From an uncultured Candidatus Poseidoniales archaeon (GTDB lineage: Archaea; Thermoplasmatota; Poseidoniia; Poseidoniales; Thalassarchaeaceae): a DNA stretch of 64,000 nt. Below the pieces are notes generated by a model. It saw only the letters and a list, made by a program, of their open reading frames with translations. It had not been told where the DNA came from and did not search any database. The stretch spans positions 3,006 to 67,005 of the forward strand of contig CAZNVK010000004.1 in the NCBI GenBank assembly GCA_964576865.1. Reading direction: 5' to 3'. Positions 51,747 to 61,840 of the stretch are shown here, one piece after another (the first letter of the stretch is position 1; every line of letters begins with the position of its first letter). The position numbers and the translations under genes are program-made.

Positions 51747-51856
51747 TCAACCTTTGGTGTCCATGGGGGGTTAATCAATACTCCTGAATGGGGAGGTCTG
51801 AGGGCCTGAAAGTGAAAGTGAACGGTTCAATTCCTAATCATTTCAACGGGCACTTC

Positions 51857-51875
51857 ACCCCTCCAAAGGAGGGGT
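51857..51875. promoter_or_regulatory. Perfect palindrome ACCCCTCC-AAA-GGAGGGGT in the gyrB/aroD divergent promoter
   Basis: Seen directly. It lies 19 nt upstream of a TTAAA box that precedes aroD. Confidence 0.5.
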
Positions 51876-51922
51876 TCTGACTCACAATACGGTTAAACAG
51901 ACCTCGTCGGTCGCGCGACTCG

Positions 51923-52732
51923 ATGCGTCGACCTACCATCTGTGTGTCACTCTCAGGATGCACTGTGGAGGAGATGCTTGCCGATGCAGCTCGTGCAACC
52001 GCGGTTGGCGCCGATTTGTGTGAGGTCCGGCTCGACAGGCTATGGGTAGTGGAGAAACCGCCAGAGCCTGTCGAAATTGACCCTGCTGCGGCCGATGGAC
52101 GCCGCAGAAGGCCAGTCTACACCCCTCCAGAGTATATTTCCCAACCATTCGATTCGGTCGATCTCGCAACCGCTCTTGACGCATTCAAGGGTGGTATCGA
52201 CCTTCCTGTTGTTCTGACCTGCCGTCCAGAGCGACAGGGAGGTCATTTCCCAGGTTCTGAAGAGGAGAGAATTGATGTTCTTCGTGCGGCTATTGAGAGC
52301 GGTGTGAGTTGGGTTGATCTCGAGACGGATATCGAAGCGAAGACTCGTACAGAATTGATGTCGATTGCAGAAGGCAAGACCCAAGTCATCGCTTCGATTC
52401 ACACTGATGAGGAACCGGGAAGCGCATCCGAAATCGTCTCCGACATTGAAGATATGGCGTCAAGCGGCGAGATTCTCAAAGTCTGCTACAAGACATCAGG
52501 CCGCAATTCGGGATTGAAATTATTCGAAGCCGCTTGGAACCTCAAAGAATCGGAGCTCAAGACATCAATCATGGGTCTTGGTGCTGGAGGCGATTGGACC
52601 CGAATCCACGCGCCATTGCTTCACCAAGATCTGGTGTACTCGACCATGGAAACAGGGTCGCACCTATCCTCTCAAGGCCGAATCAATGCTTCGGACCTAT
52701 TCATCGCTTGGGAAATGCTCCAGTACGATTGA
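51923..52732 (+). CDS. aroD: Type I 3-dehydroquinate dehydratase
   Basis: ADLCEVRLD, VLTCRPERQGG.F, WVDLE, IASIH, ILKV (Schiff-base Lys), and IMGLGAGG..TR. Confidence 0.88.
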   Translation: MRRPTICVSLSGCTVEEMLADAARATAVGADLCEVRLDRLWVVEKPPEPVEIDPAAADGRRRRPVYTPPEYISQPFDSVDLATALDAFKGGIDLPVVLTCRPERQGGHFPGSEEERIDVLRAAIESGVSWVDLETDIEAKTRTELMSIAEGKTQVIASIHTDEEPGSASEIVSDIEDMASSGEILKVCYKTSGRNSGLKLFEAAWNLKESELKTSIMGLGAGGDWTRIHAPLLHQDLVYSTMETGSHLSSQGRINASDLFIAWEMLQYD

Positions 52733-52742
52733 AGCGCATGCT

Positions 52743-53615
52743 TCACTGTTCCAGAAGGGGAACAATCTGAGTTTCTTCGCCTCTGTCTCCACCCGTTGTA
52801 GCGTGGTATCGAGAGTGCAGAATCAATGGAACCACGATGCAACTGATGGGCAGCAATCCAACTATGATGTATGCTGTGAATTTAGGCAGTGTGAGTCGGT
52901 CCTCGACGTCGACCCACACCTGAACAATCATGTCGCCGTCGAGTTTCACCGCATCCGAGGGTCGACTATTGTTCCAACCATCGAGAACCAGATAGTACTG
53001 GGCGTCTTCTGACTCACCGAACCAGGAGACCCAGCCTTTGTTGTCGTTGTCCAGTGCGGTCGAGAATGAGGTGCTGCGCTTATTCTCGTAAGCGTGAGTG
53101 TCTCGGAAGGGTATGAAAGTGGTGAGGTCTCGCCATTCCACCGGAATCCACTTCAAGTCCTCATCCTCCATCGCCCAACCTCCTTGCACTGCGTCATAAT
53201 TTTGGGAATACATATCCCAATTTGATTGCGAGAGCAGGTAGACATCCCCCTGAGTCTTGCTTGTGGGCGGGTTTTCTGGGTCTGCGTGAAACTCGATGCA
53301 GAATGTGTAGGAGTAGCCTGGAACAAGCTCCATTCGCAGGGCTTTCCCCTCATTTTCCCCGAGTTCAATCTCCACGTAGAGATCGGTATTCAAGGAATCT
53401 AGTTCATTCGATTGGGAATCCCAACTCCACCAACCGCCGTCTTCGACGTCAACAACCTCGGCTACTAGTGGGTTCATTCCCACACTCGGGGCTACGGAGC
53501 AATCGCTCGAATCGGCTACGACTGGCGCGGCAGTTGCGAGTAAAATCACTAGCATTGGAGTCAGCAGCATGAAGCTGAATGCGCCAACTGCGAGCCTGCG
53601 TCCAGTCTTCTTCAC
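52743..53615 (-). CDS. Hypothetical secreted, C-terminally anchored protein
   Basis: N-terminal signal-like hydrophobic stretch, beta-rich acidic body, and a C-terminal TM helix. Abuts the PKD protease gene, so probably co-transcribed. Confidence 0.7.
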   Translation of the reverse strand: MKKTGRRLAVGAFSFMLLTPMLVILLATAAPVVADSSDCSVAPSVGMNPLVAEVVDVEDGGWWSWDSQSNELDSLNTDLYVEIELGENEGKALRMELVPGYSYTFCIEFHADPENPPTSKTQGDVYLLSQSNWDMYSQNYDAVQGGWAMEDEDLKWIPVEWRDLTTFIPFRDTHAYENKRSTSFSTALDNDNKGWVSWFGESEDAQYYLVLDGWNNSRPSDAVKLDGDMIVQVWVDVEDRLTLPKFTAYIIVGLLPISCIVVPLILHSRYHATTGGDRGEETQIVPLLEQ

Positions 53616-53616
53616 C

Positions 53617-56600
53617 TCAGCGCCTCCGAGTCCTGATCGGGCGGACGTATCCAGACTCCTTGTTCCTTCGCTCGTCCACCGTCAGATACTTCGGTTGTGG
53701 TGGTGGAGTGTGTTGATCCATGCCTGGGAGACCGCCTTCCGCTTCTACTTCCTGCACATCGTATGTCTCAAGCATTTCCTCGGCATCGATCTCTTCTTCG
53801 TCCTTCTGCCGCATTACAAGCCAACCCAAGATGAGAACCATCGCGACTAGGGCAAGCAGGCCTGCGCTCTCTTTGTTTGGGATGAAATCCCGCCATGTCA
53901 ATTCGTCCCAAGATCTCTGGCGGCGGTCTTCTTCGGCGGATAGCACGGTGACGATGTAATCCTCGGTAGTGCAGACGCCGACTCCATCGCAGACCTGTAG
54001 GACGATGCGGATTTCTCCGGTTTGATACCAAGTCATATTGCCCCAGAGGAAGTCATTCCTCGGGTCTCCATCTTGGTCCGAATCGATGAGTGCGTTGAGA
54101 TCCCAGTCGACCGAGAGTTGGTCGGTGAGGCTGATGTCTCGGTCGTTATTGGTGATGCCGTCTCCATCGCTATCATCGAAGGCATCGAAATCCAACCAAG
54201 CTTCGAGCCCCTCTTCCAAATCGGCGTCGAAGGCGCTGTGGTTGAGAAGAACCAAGTCGCCTTGTGTAACGTAATCGGAGTCGATTGGGTCGATAGGATT
54301 GATTTCGGGGGCTCGTGAAATGTGAACGAGCATCGAGGTGGTATTGGTGTCTCCACCCTCGAAGCCGTCGACCACGGTCAGAGTCACGACGTAGGTCCCC
54401 GGTCGTTCCCAAGAGTGCCAGACCATCGGGCCTTCGACTTGCGGAGTCGCATCGCCGAAGTCCCAAATCCAGCGTGTGATGCCGTTCCACTCGGGGTCGT
54501 TCTGGTCGGTGGAATGGCGACCGACGAAGCGCGGGTCGGCATCGTAACTGGCTGAACCGTCGAGTTTGAGCGGGTAATTCGGTGCGAGGAAGGCTCCTCC
54601 GTCGGTAGCGAAGGGAACCCACCAATTCGCTGCCATGCCGTCATCTGGAATGGAGGGTAGTGGGGTTCCATTCAGGCTTGGTTGGAAGAATTCGACCATC
54701 GGAACGGGCAGTGGATTCGCGATGCGAATCTGGTAGGATTTGGTCGCCGATTCCGCACCGCGCTCGTCGACGACTGTTAGCGAGACGGTGTAAAGGCCAG
54801 GCTCGGTGAATGTGTGATGGATTCCTGAGACGTTTTCGATCTCGTTATCCATGCCGGTTATGTTCCAGCGAGTCTGCAGGAGTGAGGTGTCACCGTCGGG
54901 GTCGAAGGACATGCTTTCGAAGAAATACTCGGTCTCGACGGTGCCGTCCGTTGGTCGGTCGAATACGGCCACTGGGCGTTGATTGAGGACACGGACGGTG
55001 AGTGTCACGCTCGACATATTGCCATCGTCATCGGTGACCTCGAGCGTGATTGATTTCAGCCCTGGAGTCTTCCATCCAACACTCGGGTTCTGGGCGACCG
55101 AACTACTCGTCGAGAAGTCCGAGGTGAGGGTCATTCCACGACCTGAGAGATTGACTCCCTCATCGAACGTCCAGAGAAATTCGACGATGATTCCGTCATC
55201 GTCGGTGAAGACATTGGGCATCTCGAGGGGTGTGAGTGTGAAGGTCTGGAGCTCCTCAGCAAAGATCTGGCGAGGGACCCGGTTGAGGACGCGCACGTAG
55301 ATCTGCTCCTCGACGACAAAGGTCCCATCGTGAATCGTCAAAGTCAGAGTGTAGATGATTCCATCAGCGCTACCGTCGACGTAGGCATGGCTGGCCTCGA
55401 CCATTCCTTGCCCGCCCTCGTCGCTTCCATCACCCCAATTCCAAGTGAATTCCATCTGCTCGTGAGGCACGTTATCGACGGTGCTTCTCGCAGAGAATAG
55501 AACGCGCTGATTGGTGAGTAAGACGACTTCGTCGGTGATTGCGACTCCATCCACGCGAATCTCAGGGATCGGTTCTGTTGTGTCGGCGACTACAAGGGTC
55601 CAAGACTGGGTTTCCGAGTAGAATCCACCGACGTCTCGGACCGTGAGTGAGATTGTGTAATTGCCCGCCTGAGTGTAGATGTGAACAGGATTCTTGAGCC
55701 CAGAAGTGGTATTGTCACCGAGATCCCAATGGTAGGATATCGGGGTCTCATTATGGCTGTAACTGCTGTTCAATTGGCCGAATCCCCAGACGTCGAAGCC
55801 ACCTCCGAACATGCTGACTGGAAGCCAAGTCTGGGTGATGGCGGTGGAAGTCGAACCGGTTGCGACAGGCTCCATGTTTCCTAAACCGAATGGCAGGGTG
55901 AATGCGGTGTCGACGACTTGTCCTGTGATGTCGCGGATGTCGACACCAAAGGTCCAATCGCCAGTTTCGGGAGGAGTGAACCAAATCGATTCCTCGGTCG
56001 GGATGCTATTTCCAGCGGTGACTGCGAAGGTGATGGAATCGGTCAGGGTATTGTTGACGAATGCCTCGAAGGTGACCTCAATGATTTCGAAGAACGCGTT
56101 CGAGGTCACTTCGAGTTGAATCTCGACGCTATCGTCGAGATTGTCTCCGTCGCGGTCGAATGGAATGATTTCCATGATGTCGACTTCAGCGGGGTCGGTG
56201 ATGATCTCAGCTTGAACGACGATATCGGTTGTTGGATAGGAACCGGTTGTGATGCCGCAGCTTGCGAAGTTGTAGTCGCAATCTGTCACTTGAGACTCGT
56301 ACCAGGCGATGACCCAGACCTCGTCGGTAGTGTTCCCGAAGCCGTGGACCAATCCGGTTCCGGCCCCAGTGGCTGAATCGATGCGTAATCTGGTCATTGA
56401 CCAAGTTCCTGTCGAGGCATCCTTGGCAAGGACGGTTCCTGCCACGCCGAATTGGGTTGGTTGCACCATTAGATTGAGCGGCGCGCCTGTGCCACCTGCG
56501 AACTTGTAGGCGCGCATTCCCCAGCCCTCCAACTCATGTGTCGGGCTGGTCCAAGATGTCTGCCACTCATCGCGGTATCCGCTCATCTGCGCCCTGCAGA

Positions 56601-57723
56601 TGAAGCCGGTAACGCATCCAGCAGTCATGGCGATATTCGAGAATCCGAATGCTCCTTGGGCGCTGTCGAGGGCAACAGCGGCGGTGAAATTGGCGAAGAT
56701 GTCAGACATCGTCTCACCGATCGCAGTCGAGCCAGGCTCGGGGTTTCGAGCGAGATTCTCGACACCGATACCGCCGGTTGCTGTGTCGGCGACGAGGCGA
56801 GAGATTGCTGCACCGCCGCCGAGTTTGTCGGCTAGATACATCAGGAACATGAAACCTCCACCATAATCGGCGATTCGCTGATTCCACCAGCGCACGCTCA
56901 TATTGGCATTCTGCGACCATTCATTCGCGTGCTGCGAAAGCGAATCGGTGACTCCGAAGCAGAGGTAGGCAGCCATGTCCGCCGCGCCCTCGTCAATCCA
57001 GAGGTACTCGTAAGGGTCGCGGGCATTGTGGAGCAGGTGCTCAAACTCGTGAGCGAGAATTGTGTTGCGCCAGCTCATGTCGCCGGAGTCGACGAAGAGA
57101 ATCTCTCGCTGGCTGGCAACGTTGGGGTCGAAGTATCCCCCGATGCCACCAGCACCATCGATTGCGAAGAGTAGAATCTCGATCTGACAATTATTGTCGA
57201 TGTCTGGAGGATCGCCGAAGTAGGTGGTGTCAGTCGGGTAGATCGTCGACTCCCAAGTCGATGCGATATCGTTCAGGGTCGTCGCAGAAATCACCACTCC
57301 GTCCTCGACGAAGATCGCCGAATTGGTCGAGATCTTCTCAACGGTCGCCGAGACCAATCCGCTCGAAGTCGTGAATGTGTCAGTGTCGTCGACCTCCCAC
57401 GCATTCTCACACGACTTCGCCACAGAACGCGAGTTCTGATAGGATGCTGAGAACGGCAGCACGAGATTCGGATAGCCGTCCTCGACCCACTGCTTCTTCA
57501 GGTATCCAAAGGCAGAGTAAACCGGCCGCTCAGCATCGTTGTAAAGGTAGGCATGACCATCAGCGGCCGGATCGAAATCACTCAAGTCCCCCGGCTCAAC
57601 AGTGTTCCCCTCACCGCCAGAAGCACCGCTCGCCCCTACCATCGGCACCATCACCGAGGCGAGCATAAACCAAACCAACAACAACGAAGTTGTTGAACGA
57701 CTTGAACCGCTAGAAGTCCTCAC
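53617..57723 (-). CDS. Large secreted zinc metallopeptidase with multiple PKD domains and C-terminal membrane anchor
   Basis: Signal peptide, ILAHEFEHLLH + WIDEGAAD (HExxH...E), repeated PKD motifs (WDLGD, WNWGDG, WDFGD; H.Y..PG.Y.V.LTV), DxDxDG Ca-binding loops, and a C-terminal TM helix. Confidence 0.9.
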   Translation of the reverse strand: MRTSSGSSRSTTSLLLVWFMLASVMVPMVGASGASGGEGNTVEPGDLSDFDPAADGHAYLYNDAERPVYSAFGYLKKQWVEDGYPNLVLPFSASYQNSRSVAKSCENAWEVDDTDTFTTSSGLVSATVEKISTNSAIFVEDGVVISATTLNDIASTWESTIYPTDTTYFGDPPDIDNNCQIEILLFAIDGAGGIGGYFDPNVASQREILFVDSGDMSWRNTILAHEFEHLLHNARDPYEYLWIDEGAADMAAYLCFGVTDSLSQHANEWSQNANMSVRWWNQRIADYGGGFMFLMYLADKLGGGAAISRLVADTATGGIGVENLARNPEPGSTAIGETMSDIFANFTAAVALDSAQGAFGFSNIAMTAGCVTGFICRAQMSGYRDEWQTSWTSPTHELEGWGMRAYKFAGGTGAPLNLMVQPTQFGVAGTVLAKDASTGTWSMTRLRIDSATGAGTGLVHGFGNTTDEVWVIAWYESQVTDCDYNFASCGITTGSYPTTDIVVQAEIITDPAEVDIMEIIPFDRDGDNLDDSVEIQLEVTSNAFFEIIEVTFEAFVNNTLTDSITFAVTAGNSIPTEESIWFTPPETGDWTFGVDIRDITGQVVDTAFTLPFGLGNMEPVATGSTSTAITQTWLPVSMFGGGFDVWGFGQLNSSYSHNETPISYHWDLGDNTTSGLKNPVHIYTQAGNYTISLTVRDVGGFYSETQSWTLVVADTTEPIPEIRVDGVAITDEVVLLTNQRVLFSARSTVDNVPHEQMEFTWNWGDGSDEGGQGMVEASHAYVDGSADGIIYTLTLTIHDGTFVVEEQIYVRVLNRVPRQIFAEELQTFTLTPLEMPNVFTDDDGIIVEFLWTFDEGVNLSGRGMTLTSDFSTSSSVAQNPSVGWKTPGLKSITLEVTDDDGNMSSVTLTVRVLNQRPVAVFDRPTDGTVETEYFFESMSFDPDGDTSLLQTRWNITGMDNEIENVSGIHHTFTEPGLYTVSLTVVDERGAESATKSYQIRIANPLPVPMVEFFQPSLNGTPLPSIPDDGMAANWWVPFATDGGAFLAPNYPLKLDGSASYDADPRFVGRHSTDQNDPEWNGITRWIWDFGDATPQVEGPMVWHSWERPGTYVVTLTVVDGFEGGDTNTTSMLVHISRAPEINPIDPIDSDYVTQGDLVLLNHSAFDADLEEGLEAWLDFDAFDDSDGDGITNNDRDISLTDQLSVDWDLNALIDSDQDGDPRNDFLWGNMTWYQTGEIRIVLQVCDGVGVCTTEDYIVTVLSAEEDRRQRSWDELTWRDFIPNKESAGLLALVAMVLILGWLVMRQKDEEEIDAEEMLETYDVQEVEAEGGLPGMDQHTPPPQPKYLTVDERRNKESGYVRPIRTRRR

Positions 57724-57782
57724 TCACACGCACCCCAGCAATAAGACAGGTTCAAGCCCCACTCCAACCCGCTATAACATCG

Positions 57783-58871
57783 ATGGAGCATCGTTCGGAC
57801 GCATCCGGCCCGAAGGGCCGACTCCCAAGTGCCTCCAAGCCAGCGCGGCGAATCCCAATGATACTCGTCGCGACCATCGTCCTCACCGCGCTCACACTGC
57901 TCTTAAGCAACGCAGGGGGGGAGTCCCCAGAACAGGGTGAAAGTGGTTGGCAGGTGAAAGTGATCGAGCCAGAGTTGGTGAGCATCGTCCCACACGACCC
58001 GACGGCGTTCACCCAAGGCCTCGAAATCCATGACGGCAAGTTCTACGAAAGCACCGGACTCTACGGCGAATCGAGCGTGCGAATCGTCAACATGAGCACC
58101 GGCGAAATCGAGGTACAGCACGACCTTTCCGACGAGTATTTCGGCGAGGGTCTCACCATCTGGAACGACTCGGTCATCCAACTCACTTGGCGCGAAAATA
58201 CCGGCTTCATTTACGACCTTGAGACCCTCGAACCCATCGGGAATTTCACCTACTCGGGAGAGGGCTGGGGACTATGCGCGCGCGATGACGAAATCTGGAT
58301 GTCCGACGGTAGTTCATCCATCATGCGGATGTCCGAGGATTTTTCCACCGTCGAGGAGGAGATGGAGATTCGAGTTCACGGACTCTCCCTCGACCGCTGG
58401 AACGAGTTGGAGTGTCGAGGTTTCATTTTCGCGAATAGATGGTATGATGACTCGATGTATGCAATAGTTCCCTACCACAAAAATGGAATTGGGCCTGTGT
58501 GTGAAAAGGTAGATTTCTCCGCGATTAGAGATGAGTTCGAAAGCGAGGATTCGGGCGTTCTCAACGGAATCGCCTACGATAATGAATCGAGGACATGGTG
58601 GGTGACCGGGAAGAATTGGTCAAATTATTACGAAGTTAAGATTGGATTCAGGGGGGGTATTTTTGACTACAATTGTGAAGCAATCTCTAATCCAGTGATT
58701 CCTCGCCTACCCGGTCTTTACGGGTGGCTGGATCAGTATATCCCGATGTGGTTTGTTTCGACGGTTCTGGTCTATTCTGCAATCTTACTCGTTCTCATCT
58801 CACCATTCGCGTTCTACAGGCGTTGGAAGCGTCAAACTGAGAAGCCGCCTCGTCTCAGCGAGGAAAAGTAG
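57783..58871 (+). CDS. Glutaminyl-peptide cyclotransferase (beta-propeller, plant/bacterial type I)
   Basis: PHDPTAFTQGL, YESTGLYG.SS, YFGEGLT, QLTW, GEGWGL, MSDGS, NELE, VLNGIAYD, and VTGKNW. TM helices at both ends. Confidence 0.92.
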   Translation: MEHRSDASGPKGRLPSASKPARRIPMILVATIVLTALTLLLSNAGGESPEQGESGWQVKVIEPELVSIVPHDPTAFTQGLEIHDGKFYESTGLYGESSVRIVNMSTGEIEVQHDLSDEYFGEGLTIWNDSVIQLTWRENTGFIYDLETLEPIGNFTYSGEGWGLCARDDEIWMSDGSSSIMRMSEDFSTVEEEMEIRVHGLSLDRWNELECRGFIFANRWYDDSMYAIVPYHKNGIGPVCEKVDFSAIRDEFESEDSGVLNGIAYDNESRTWWVTGKNWSNYYEVKIGFRGGIFDYNCEAISNPVIPRLPGLYGWLDQYIPMWFVSTVLVYSAILLVLISPFAFYRRWKRQTEKPPRLSEEK

Positions 58872-58886
58872 GAGGCGGCGAGCAAC

Positions 58887-59624
58887 ATGTCAGGCGACGA
58901 TGATTCACGCAGAAGCCGCCTCGAATGGTGGCTCGAGGACCTCTCAGTCGACCCAGCGACGCGAGTCGCGGGAGCCATCCTGATAATTCTGGGAAGCGTC
59001 CTCGGCGTCGTCACTGGAAGCCTGCACATCACCGCCGACGTTGGCGATGTTTTGACCGGCCAGCTCGACGATTCCGGCGGGCTGGCCGATGTCCACGGAG
59101 CTGTCTATTCAGCCCTCGTCGACAATTCCACCGGCGGCGACGCCATGGAAGGCGTCGTCGTCATTCTCTACGACGAGGAATTCCTCGAGATCGGCCGCGA
59201 CACCACCGATTCCGGCGGCCGATTCTCGATAGACGACGTAACCCGCCACTCATCCACCCTCGTCGTCGACCACCCCGACCACATAACCCAACGAATCCTG
59301 CTCATCCCGGGAGACCATGCCCAGATCACGGTGACGTTGACGGAGGGTGAGGGTGAGGAGGAGATCGACATGAGGGGTGAGAGCCATCTCGCTGAATCGG
59401 TGCTTATCACTTCGATAATCGGTGCACTGACCCTCATCGCTGGCATCGCTGGATTGGTTGGTGGAATCGAGGCTTACAATGGCAAGAGCCACTTCCGCAC
59501 GCAGTTTTTGGCGTATCTTGGGTTGTGGAGTCAGGGGCTGATGTTCATCGGTCCACTGTTCATTCTGATGGGGATGGGGCTGGCGTATCTGACGCGCGGG
59601 CAGTTTGGCTTCGTGGAGGCTTGA
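58887..59624 (+). CDS. Membrane protein with carboxypeptidase-regulatory-like (prealbumin-fold) extracellular domain
   Basis: TM helix, then V.G.V....TG.DAMEGVVV......DTTDSGGRFSI..V beta-sandwich pattern, then 2 C-terminal TM helices. Confidence 0.65.
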   Translation: MSGDDDSRRSRLEWWLEDLSVDPATRVAGAILIILGSVLGVVTGSLHITADVGDVLTGQLDDSGGLADVHGAVYSALVDNSTGGDAMEGVVVILYDEEFLEIGRDTTDSGGRFSIDDVTRHSSTLVVDHPDHITQRILLIPGDHAQITVTLTEGEGEEEIDMRGESHLAESVLITSIIGALTLIAGIAGLVGGIEAYNGKSHFRTQFLAYLGLWSQGLMFIGPLFILMGMGLAYLTRGQFGFVEA

Positions 59625-59625
59625 C

Positions 59626-60966
59626 GTGTACCTCATCACCATCGAAGGGGGGGACGGCTCCGGCAAGGGCTTGGCCACAAAGGTCGTCGCCGAAGTGCTG
59701 GAACGCGAGTTTTGTTTTACGTCGGTTGAGGTTACTGGCGAGCCGCGACGCGATCATCCGCTTGGGCGGCTCGCTATCGACTCGGTGCGGCAACAGACGC
59801 ACACTCCGGAAGCGGAGGCCGGGTTGTTTGCCGCTGACCGAGTCGACCATTCTCACGGCTGGATTTTGCCTCGGCTTGAGGAGGGGCGAATCTGCGTGAG
59901 TGAACGCAATGTGCATTCATCTCTTGTGTATCAGGGGATTGTTGGTGGATTGGGGGTCGAGCGCGTTGCTCAGATCAATTCTGCCGCGCTCGTTCCTGAT
60001 CTTTGCATCTGGGTGGATTGCGATCCGGATGTGGCGATGAAGCGGATTCAATCTGGGACTCTGCGAATGATGTCTGACAAGGCTGAGTATTTCGAGACGA
60101 CCGAGTTGCAGAAGCGGATTCGGGCGGGGTATGCCTCGCTTCTGTCGGGGGAAGTCGAGATGCCGACGCCCTTCGATATGGGTGCTATCATCGGGCCGGT
60201 TTCGAATGAGTCGACTGAGAGGGAGTTTCGACGCAAGTTGACGCTGCATATTCGCAAGTTCATACATTCGCGGCCCGAGCCGTTGAATGTCGATACGGAG
60301 GCTGTTGAGCGATTTATGTTGCAGCGTCTGATCAAGTCGACGAAAGGTCAGACGGTGCTCGATGGGTTGGGTGTTGAGCCAGCTCGTACGCGCGCTGATT
60401 GGTTGGATGGCAAGGCTCCTTGGCGGGTTTTGCGTGAGGCGCAGGCTGAGCATTCTTCGGCGCTCGAGGCTGTGGGTGAGGACGAGCGCGTCGACGTGCC
60501 GAAATCTGTGCTGGCTCATTCGATTTCATCGATTTGCGGAACGCTGGCACTTCTTCCTTCTGCTGATGTGAATGAGTTGCGGGCGGCTCAAGGGCCAGTC
60601 CGCGCGGTGTCCGATTCGCATTCTCACAAGGTTCTACGATTCATGGCCGACCGCTCAGGTTGGGTCAATCAACACAAATCACTGCTCGGTCGAGATGCCG
60701 CGCGCAATCAATTGCGCGACGAATCTCACCCATTCGGCACACTGGTGTTGATCTTGTGGCCGCTTCGCCGTGCTATCTCACGCTGGTTAGCCGCGAATCC
60801 TGACACTCACCCTCGATTCGCCATGGGTCAAATTGTTCGTTCTGGTGAGCATCCACGCGCGGTGCGGGATGCGATTGAGCGGCTGGCGATTCTCGGAAAT
60901 GGAAAGTCCGAGGCGGCCGCTCCGGCGGGCTCGAGCGGACTCGTCGCGTGGTGGCAAGGTCAGTAG
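59626..60966 (+). CDS. tmk: Thymidylate kinase fused to a ~230-aa C-terminal domain
   Basis: ITIEGGDGSGK, LFAADR..H, ER...SSLVYQG, PDL.IW.D, and KRIRAGY. GTG 59626 is preceded by a GGAGG SD. Confidence 0.8.
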   Translation: MYLITIEGGDGSGKGLATKVVAEVLEREFCFTSVEVTGEPRRDHPLGRLAIDSVRQQTHTPEAEAGLFAADRVDHSHGWILPRLEEGRICVSERNVHSSLVYQGIVGGLGVERVAQINSAALVPDLCIWVDCDPDVAMKRIQSGTLRMMSDKAEYFETTELQKRIRAGYASLLSGEVEMPTPFDMGAIIGPVSNESTEREFRRKLTLHIRKFIHSRPEPLNVDTEAVERFMLQRLIKSTKGQTVLDGLGVEPARTRADWLDGKAPWRVLREAQAEHSSALEAVGEDERVDVPKSVLAHSISSICGTLALLPSADVNELRAAQGPVRAVSDSHSHKVLRFMADRSGWVNQHKSLLGRDAARNQLRDESHPFGTLVLILWPLRRAISRWLAANPDTHPRFAMGQIVRSGEHPRAVRDAIERLAILGNGKSEAAAPAGSSGLVAWWQGQ

Positions 60967-60995
60967 GTTTGGTCAGATTGTCCGGTGACTAGAGC

Positions 60996-61826
60996 TCATT
61001 CTGTTGCCGACTCGATTGGAGCCTCGTCCATCAGTTTCAGCCGTGCATTGGCTGGCAAACGCACCGCCTCGGCGCCGTCAAATTCGTGCGGCCGAGCCGA
61101 GAACGTCGCTGCGAAGAACAAGCCTCCGACGAACCCGGCTGGGGTTCCTGTGAGGATCCGCAGAAGGTTCGTCGACTCATACGATGTCAGCAATTGAGTA
61201 AATCCATCGATAGCCATTGGGCCCAGACCAAGTCCTAGGATGGCGAGCATGGCGAGCATTCGGGAGTCGTTGAGGTAGAAGCGTTCGACGGAATTATCGG
61301 AGAAAATCGACAGGAATGTGTCGCGCACCATCCATCGATTGTAGCCGCGGCGTGACCATAAAAGACAGGCTGCGACGAAGCCGAACAGGATTCCGATATC
61401 ACGAGTGCAAACCGCCATCTGATTGCCGTTAATCTCCCAAGAACGCTCGTACTTCTGGTGGCAATTCAGGTCTCCGATAGCGTAGACCGTGGCCGAAATC
61501 GGGTCGAGGTCGGTCCAAGCGAAGGAGCCTCCGTGGGCCGATTGGTCGTGGCCTATCTCAGCGTCTTCGCCATGGTCTCCATTCCCCCATGACCATATTC
61601 CATCGTGCGTCGCGTAATCCATTCTGTTGGCTCGGGCAGAGAGGTCGGGAATCGAATCCGCGGGCAGTGCCAGTGGGATCAGGAAGACGAGAATTAGGTA
61701 GACTCCTGCGATGGCTGCGAGGTTGCGGCCGACCTTGGATTCGCGCTCACGATCCGGTCGGCCGTTCTTCAGCAGACCAGACTCTGATTGCGCCATTGTT
61801 CGGTCGGTGGGTTCTATCGCCATCAA
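60996..61826 (-). CDS. DUF2085 family membrane protein
   Basis: NCHQKYERS..INGNQMAVCTRDIGI, PMAIDGFTQL, and NLLRILTG. Confidence 0.85.
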   Translation of the reverse strand: MMAIEPTDRTMAQSESGLLKNGRPDRERESKVGRNLAAIAGVYLILVFLIPLALPADSIPDLSARANRMDYATHDGIWSWGNGDHGEDAEIGHDQSAHGGSFAWTDLDPISATVYAIGDLNCHQKYERSWEINGNQMAVCTRDIGILFGFVAACLLWSRRGYNRWMVRDTFLSIFSDNSVERFYLNDSRMLAMLAILGLGLGPMAIDGFTQLLTSYESTNLLRILTGTPAGFVGGLFFAATFSARPHEFDGAEAVRLPANARLKLMDEAPIESATE

Positions 61827-61840
61827 CCTATCCGCGTCAC

